The notes under the pieces: generated by a model
Database searches by the model: none
Told to the model about the DNA's origin: nothing
What the model saw: the letters and a program-made list of their open reading frames with translations, nothing else
Source: Prevotella sp. UBA7551
Lineage (GTDB): Bacteria > Bacteroidota > Bacteroidia > Bacteroidales > Bacteroidaceae
Assembly (NCBI GenBank): GCA_002479145.1
Contig: DLLX01000017.1
Span: forward strand, 18,872-82,871
Length of the DNA: 64,000 bases
Reading direction: 5' to 3'
Translations under genes and position numbers: made by a program
Shown: positions 59,038-64,000 of the stretch, in pieces
Position numbering within the stretch: position 1 is the stretch's first letter
Layout of the letters: every line of letters starts with the position of its first letter

Positions 59038-60396
59038 CTACGCCTCAGCTTCCAAGCGTTTCTGAATTGCTTTGCTCTCAGCCTCGTAACCCGGCTTGTT
59101 GAGCAGTGCAAACATATTCTTCTTGTATGCCTCCACACCTGGTTGGTTGAAGGGATTGACCCCCAGAACGTTGCCACTGATGCCACAGGCTTTCTCAAAG
59201 AAGTAGATGAGCTGTCCTATATAATAAGCATTCAGGCGCGGCATGGAGATGCGTATTTGCGGCACACCCCCGTCGCAGTGGGCCAGTCTCGTGCCCAACT
59301 CTGCCATCTTGTTGACCTCGTCAATCCGCTTTCCCTCCAGGAAGTTAAGCCCGTCGAGGTTCTCCTCGTCATGCGGGAAATGCAATTCATGTTCTGGCGT
59401 CTCCACACTGAGCACCGTCTCCCAGATGGAGCGCTCACCCTCCTGAATCCATTGTCCCATGGAGTGGAGGTCGGTGGTGAAGTCACAGGCCGCAGGGAAG
59501 ATGCCTTTGTGGTCCTTACCCTCACTTTCTCCAAAGAGCTGCTTCCACCATTCGGCCACGAAGTGGAGTTTCGGTTGGAAGTTGGCCATGATTTCGATTT
59601 TCTTTCCCGCCTCCTGATAAAGGGCGTTGCGTACAGCCGCATACTGTGCGGCGATGTTTTCACCATAGGGCACGTCGATGGCCGTAGCCTTCTCCATGTC
59701 CTGTGCACCGGCCACCAACTGGCGGATGTCCATCCCTGCCACCGCTATGGGAAGCAAGCCGACGGGGGTAAGGACAGAGAAACGTCCCCCCACGTTGTCG
59801 GGGATGACAAAGGTCTTGTAGCCTTCCTTGTCAGCTGCGGCACGGGCCGCACCCTTGTGTGCGTCGGTGATGGCGACAATCACGTTCTTGGCCGTCTCCT
59901 TGCCGCGCTCAGCCTCACATTGTCTCTTCAGCAAGCGGAAAGTAAGGGCGGTCTCGGTGGTCGTTCCACTCTTCGAGATATTGATGATGCCGAAGCGTTT
60001 TCCCTTCAAATAGGTGGTCAACTCGTAGAGATAATCCTCACCGATGTTGTTTCCCGCAAAGAGAATGATGGGGTTCTGCGTATCCTTGACCAACCAAGCG
60101 AAGCTGTTGTCCAACGCTTCGATGATGGCACGCGCCCCTAAGTAGGAGCCGCCGATGCCTGCTACGACTACATAGTCGCACTCCTTGCGGAGGGTATCGG
60201 CCACGGCCTGAATCTCATCGAGCGACGCCGGTGTGATGCCCGACGGAAGATGCAGCCACCCGAGAAAGTCATTACCCGGACAGGTGCCGTTCTCCAGTGC
60301 GGCCTGTGCAGCCGCGACTTGTGGCGCGTAAGTCTCCAATGTGCCTGGACTGAGGAAGGAGAGTGCCTTACTGATGTCTAAACGAATCTTTTCCAT
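59038..60396 (-). CDS. pgi: Glucose-6-phosphate isomerase
   Basis: [33 protein letters not shown] and [10 protein letters not shown]. Confidence 0.96.
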   Translation of the reverse strand: MEKIRLDISKALSFLSPGTLETYAPQVAAAQAALENGTCPGNDFLGWLHLPSGITPASLDEIQAVADTLRKECDYVVVAGIGGSYLGARAIIEALDNSFAWLVKDTQNPIILFAGNNIGEDYLYELTTYLKGKRFGIINISKSGTTTETALTFRLLKRQCEAERGKETAKNVIVAITDAHKGAARAAADKEGYKTFVIPDNVGGRFSVLTPVGLLPIAVAGMDIRQLVAGAQDMEKATAIDVPYGENIAAQYAAVRNALYQEAGKKIEIMANFQPKLHFVAEWWKQLFGESEGKDHKGIFPAACDFTTDLHSMGQWIQEGERSIWETVLSVETPEHELHFPHDEENLDGLNFLEGKRIDEVNKMAELGTRLAHCDGGVPQIRISMPRLNAYYIGQLIYFFEKACGISGNVLGVNPFNQPGVEAYKKNMFALLNKPGYEAESKAIQKRLEAEA

Positions 60397-60447
60397 AAAC
60401 CTATTGTATTTTCAAATGTGTGGTTATCATGCTTTTGGCTGTCGCCG

Positions 60448-61470
60448 TCATCCCTTGGTTATATTCATTTCGGGATGGGTCATCCGCCCGATGGCCTGGG
60501 CGGCAGAAGTCTTTTCATAGAGGATGCGGTGCACCGTGTTGAGCACTGGGGTGTGGAGACGAACGTGGCGGGAGCGCAAGTCCTGGGCAATGACGTACAT
60601 ACACTTCGTGCCAAAATATCCCTCGGCTATCATCTCCATCTCGGCCTGTGCTGCCTTGACAGTATAGCCGCGCCCGATCATCGAGCCAAAAGTGAAGTTG
60701 CGCGAAAGCCTTGAATAGCCCGTAACGAGCAAGTCGCCCAGGTAGAGCGTGTCGAGCATGTCGCGCCAGATGGGATTCAGTGCACTCAAGAAGGCGCTCA
60801 TCTCCTGCATGGCGTGGGTCATGAGCACGGCGTGGAAGTTGTCACCATAGCCCAACGAGCGGCAGATGCCTGCGCAGATGGCATAGACGTTCTTCAGCAC
60901 GGCTGCATATTCTATGCCTACCACGTCGCGCGAGGTCTTGGTCTTGATGTAGTCGGAGCGCAGCACGTCGCAAAACGCAGCGGCCTGCGCTTCATCGGTA
61001 CAGCCCACGGTAAGGTAGGTGAGCCTGTGTTGGGCCACTTCCTCGGCATGGGAAGGACCTCCGATGCACGCCAACTGCTCCTCCGGCACGCCAAACCGCT
61101 GGTGGACGTACTCTGTGAAGACGGTATGCTCGCCAGGTACGACCCCCTTGATGGCAGTGACGACAAACTTCTCGCGTAAGGGGACACGCACCTTGTCGAG
61201 CAGCTCCTTGGTATAGGGCGACGGGGTGACGAAAAGCAGCGTGTCGTAGCGCGACACAATGTCGTTGATATCGGACGAAAAGTCTATCTCCGAGATGTCG
61301 AAAGTCAGGTTGCGGAGGTAGCCGGGGTTGTGACCGAGCTGCCTGAAGCGGTCGATGGTAATCGGACGCCGCACGTACCACCCTATCTCGTGGGTGTGTT
61401 CCACTATCACTTTGGCCAGTGCCGTGGCCCAACTCCCACTGCCTATGATGGCTATGCGTCCGTTTCCCAT
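60448..61470 (-). CDS. gpsA: NAD(P)H-dependent glycerol-3-phosphate dehydrogenase
   Basis: IGSGSWATALA, GPSHAEEV, LKNVYAI, LGDLLVT and SRN. Confidence 0.93.
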   Translation of the reverse strand: MGNGRIAIIGSGSWATALAKVIVEHTHEIGWYVRRPITIDRFRQLGHNPGYLRNLTFDISEIDFSSDINDIVSRYDTLLFVTPSPYTKELLDKVRVPLREKFVVTAIKGVVPGEHTVFTEYVHQRFGVPEEQLACIGGPSHAEEVAQHRLTYLTVGCTDEAQAAAFCDVLRSDYIKTKTSRDVVGIEYAAVLKNVYAICAGICRSLGYGDNFHAVLMTHAMQEMSAFLSALNPIWRDMLDTLYLGDLLVTGYSRLSRNFTFGSMIGRGYTVKAAQAEMEMIAEGYFGTKCMYVIAQDLRSRHVRLHTPVLNTVHRILYEKTSAAQAIGRMTHPEMNITKG

Positions 61471-61507
61471 CACCCTTCGCTACTGCTCATCAGTTTACCA
61501 GCGTGCC

Positions 61508-63253
61508 CTATTCCTTGGCCACCGACGACTGCACTGCGTCAATCCAGTGCTGAATCTCATCGACCGACGGCTTCTCATAGCCGAGCTTATACTTCTTATT
61601 AATCTCGCCAATCTTCTGTTGCAGCCCCTGCGCCTTCTCGCCGCTAATATCCGTGAGGAGGTTGAAGCCCGCCTTGCGCAGGACATACACCCACTGCTCG
61701 GGCACACCGACCTTCGCCCAGGCCTCAATGCTGTCTTGAGGCATCTTCTTCTCCGGCTTCATCTGCGGGAAGAGGATCACCTCCTGTATGGTCTCCTTGC
61801 CCGTCATGAGCATGACCAGGCGGTCAATGCCTATGCCGATACCGCTCGTCGGAGGCATGCCATACTGTAGGGCGCGCAGGAAATCATGGTCTATGATCAT
61901 CGCCTCGTCGTCGCCCTTCTCGCTCAGACGCATCTGCTCCTTGAAGCGAAGCTCCTGATCGATGGGGTCGTTCAGCTCCGAATAGGCGTTGGCCAGCTCC
62001 TTGCCGTTGACCATCAGCTCAAAGCGCTCGGTCAGTCCGGGCTTGCTGCGGTGCATCTTCGTCAGCGGCGACATCTCGACGGGGTAGTCGGTGATGAACG
62101 TTGGCTGGATAAACGTGCCCTCGCAGAACTCGCCAAACAGCTCGTCGATGAGCTTTCCCTTGCCCATCGTTTCGTCCACCTCCATGCCTTTGCTCTTGCA
62201 GAAGGCGCGAATCTCGTCCTCCGTCTTGTCCGAGCAGTCGAAGCCGGTCTTCTCCTCGATGGCCTCAAGGATGGGAAGACGGCGGAATGGTGCCTTGAAG
62301 GACACCAGATTGTCACCATGACGCACCTCAGTGGCGCCGTTGTTGACCGCCTTGCAGATGGTCTCGAGCAGCTCCTCGGTGAACGACATCATCCAGTTGT
62401 AGTCCTTATACTGCACATACAGCTCCATGCAGGTGAACTCTGGGTTGTGGAACTTGTCCATTCCCTCGTTGCGGAAGTTCTTTCCTATCTCATAGACTCC
62501 CTCGAAGCCACCGACAATGAGCCGTTTCAAGTAAAGCTCCGTGGCAATGCGCATGTACATATCGATGTTGAGCGCATTGAAATGGGTGATGAACGGACGC
62601 GCCGACGCACCGCCGGGGATGGACTGCAGCGTAGGGGTTTCGACCTCCGTATAGCCATGGCGGTCAAAGAAGGCACGCATCGTGCGGAGCACGGTGGCCC
62701 GCTTGAGGAATGTTTCCTTCACGCCATCGTTGACCACCAGGTCCACGTAGCGTTGGCGGGCGCGCAGCTCGGGGTCGTCAAACTTATCATAAGCCACGCC
62801 ATCCTTATACTTCACGATGGGCAGCGGCTTCAGGCTCTTCGCCAATAGGACCAGACGCTGTGCGTGAACGCTTACCTCGCCCATCTGGGTCTTGAAGACA
62901 AAGCCGCTCACACCGATGAAATCGCCAATGTCGAGCAGCTTCTTGAACACCTTATTATATAGGTCTTTGTCCTCGCCCGGGCAAATGTCGTCGCGCGTGA
63001 CATAGACCTGCACACGCCCTTTGCTGTCCTGAAGCTCCACAAAGCTGGCCTTCCCCATGATACGGCGGCTCATCATGCGCCCCGCAATGGTCACCTCGCG
63101 TTTTTCGCCCTCTTTGAAGTTTTCGACGATTTCGGCCGAAAAGGCGTTAGTAGGAAATTCTGCTGCGGGATATGGGTCTATGCCCATCTCGCGCAACTGC
63201 TGCAAACTTTGCCGGCGACCTATCTCCTGGTCGCTCAATTCCAAAATGTTCAT
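61508..63253 (-). CDS. lysS: Lysine--tRNA ligase (class II)
   Basis: GGASARPF, RIATELYLKRL, FRNEG...HNPEF and YGMPPTSGIGIGIDRL. Confidence 0.97.
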   Translation of the reverse strand: MNILELSDQEIGRRQSLQQLREMGIDPYPAAEFPTNAFSAEIVENFKEGEKREVTIAGRMMSRRIMGKASFVELQDSKGRVQVYVTRDDICPGEDKDLYNKVFKKLLDIGDFIGVSGFVFKTQMGEVSVHAQRLVLLAKSLKPLPIVKYKDGVAYDKFDDPELRARQRYVDLVVNDGVKETFLKRATVLRTMRAFFDRHGYTEVETPTLQSIPGGASARPFITHFNALNIDMYMRIATELYLKRLIVGGFEGVYEIGKNFRNEGMDKFHNPEFTCMELYVQYKDYNWMMSFTEELLETICKAVNNGATEVRHGDNLVSFKAPFRRLPILEAIEEKTGFDCSDKTEDEIRAFCKSKGMEVDETMGKGKLIDELFGEFCEGTFIQPTFITDYPVEMSPLTKMHRSKPGLTERFELMVNGKELANAYSELNDPIDQELRFKEQMRLSEKGDDEAMIIDHDFLRALQYGMPPTSGIGIGIDRLVMLMTGKETIQEVILFPQMKPEKKMPQDSIEAWAKVGVPEQWVYVLRKAGFNLLTDISGEKAQGLQQKIGEINKKYKLGYEKPSVDEIQHWIDAVQSSVAKE

Positions 63254-63777
63254 CTTGCCTGAGATATGATCCTATGTTGTTTTTTACTTGGTCTTGACAA
63301 GGCCGGTGGACCGCAACGGGTTGTGTTCCAACTGCCCTGACACCAACTATCTGCTTGCAAAGATACGAAGAATATTCCGAATGGCATGTTTTTTTACTGT
63401 TTTTAGCGCACGATGAGAACGGGGAAAGCGAAAAAACGACAACCCACATACAAGCCAAAAGTTGTCATCGACGTAAGCGGTAAACTTGTCTGCCCAAGGC
63501 TTTTATCCAGACTGAAGGCAGCGACTTCGCCATAATTCTGCCGATTACGCTTTGTCTACCTAACTATTCTTCCCCCACAAAGACTGATTATGCTTCAAGT
63601 CACTTGCAAAACTATCCGCCTGAAAGATGGACAACAGACTTTTCACTTCCACACCTTACGAGAACTTTCGTCTTTGCACAGTCACAAAGTTGGTCCTATA
63701 GCCCGTCGGTTTATCGCAGAACTTTTTACCTTTGCACGACAAAAGTAATATTTCGAAAACATAATGGAGGAAAGCGC

Positions 63778-64000
63778 ATGAGCAACTACACCATAAAGCA
63801 AGCCAAGCCGGATGATGCCGGCACGATAATGCGGCTGATGGACGCTGCCCGAAGAACCATGCAAGCTACCGGGAATCCCACACAATGGCCTAATGGCTAT
63901 CCAACAAAAGAAACCATAGAGGACGATTTGGAGCATGGCGACTGCTTCCTTGTATGCGATGTCCAAGGCAAAGCGGTAGGCTCGTTTGTCTTGCGCAAAG
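63778..64000 (+). CDS. Partial GNAT-family N-acetyltransferase
   Basis: MSNYTIKQAKPDD...ARRTMQATGNPTQWPNGYP..., open to the window end; TACCTTTG upstream. Confidence 0.75.
   Translation, partial: MSNYTIKQAKPDDAGTIMRLMDAARRTMQATGNPTQWPNGYPTKETIEDDLEHGDCFLVCDVQGKAVGSFVLRK

Noticed and set aside
58183..60141. 652-aa plus-strand ORF and similar long antisense ORFs (e.g. 12683-13945, 15997-17385, 25322-26515)
   Set aside because: Antisense to well-supported genes; expected from GC-rich codon usage.
63420..63720. Long lysS/GNAT intergenic region as an ncRNA
   Set aside because: No convincing stems, repeats or terminator visible.

Overview
Mostly core chromosome of a Bacteroidota organism, very probably Prevotella/Prevotellaceae, judging from the many TAnnTTTG -7 promoter elements, the lack of obvious Shine-Dalgarno sites and the typical gene neighbourhoods. 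It holds about 45 protein genes (dnaG, cca, cls, an RND efflux operon with an LpxA-like gene, ftsX-uppP-truB-queA-folK, aroB, mfd, waaA, gltX, pgi, gpsA, lysS and others), tRNA-His(GUG), and a preQ1-I riboswitch in front of yhhQ-queF. I found no CRISPR array, prophage or transposase. The best candidate for an undescribed system is the 27.6-32.4 kb locus: a T9SS-type surface protein divergent from an OprO/P-type porin, a tandem lamin-tail lipoprotein and an atypical metallophosphoesterase, with 11-bp-periodic Pho-box-like repeats at the porin promoter. This suggests organophosphate or extracellular DNA scavenging. Other leads are intergenic arrays of near-palindromic units with an exact 22-bp period, a leader that can fold two ways upstream of the efflux operon, and several enzymes with altered catalytic motifs. 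All product calls come from motif recognition by eye; no database searches were run.
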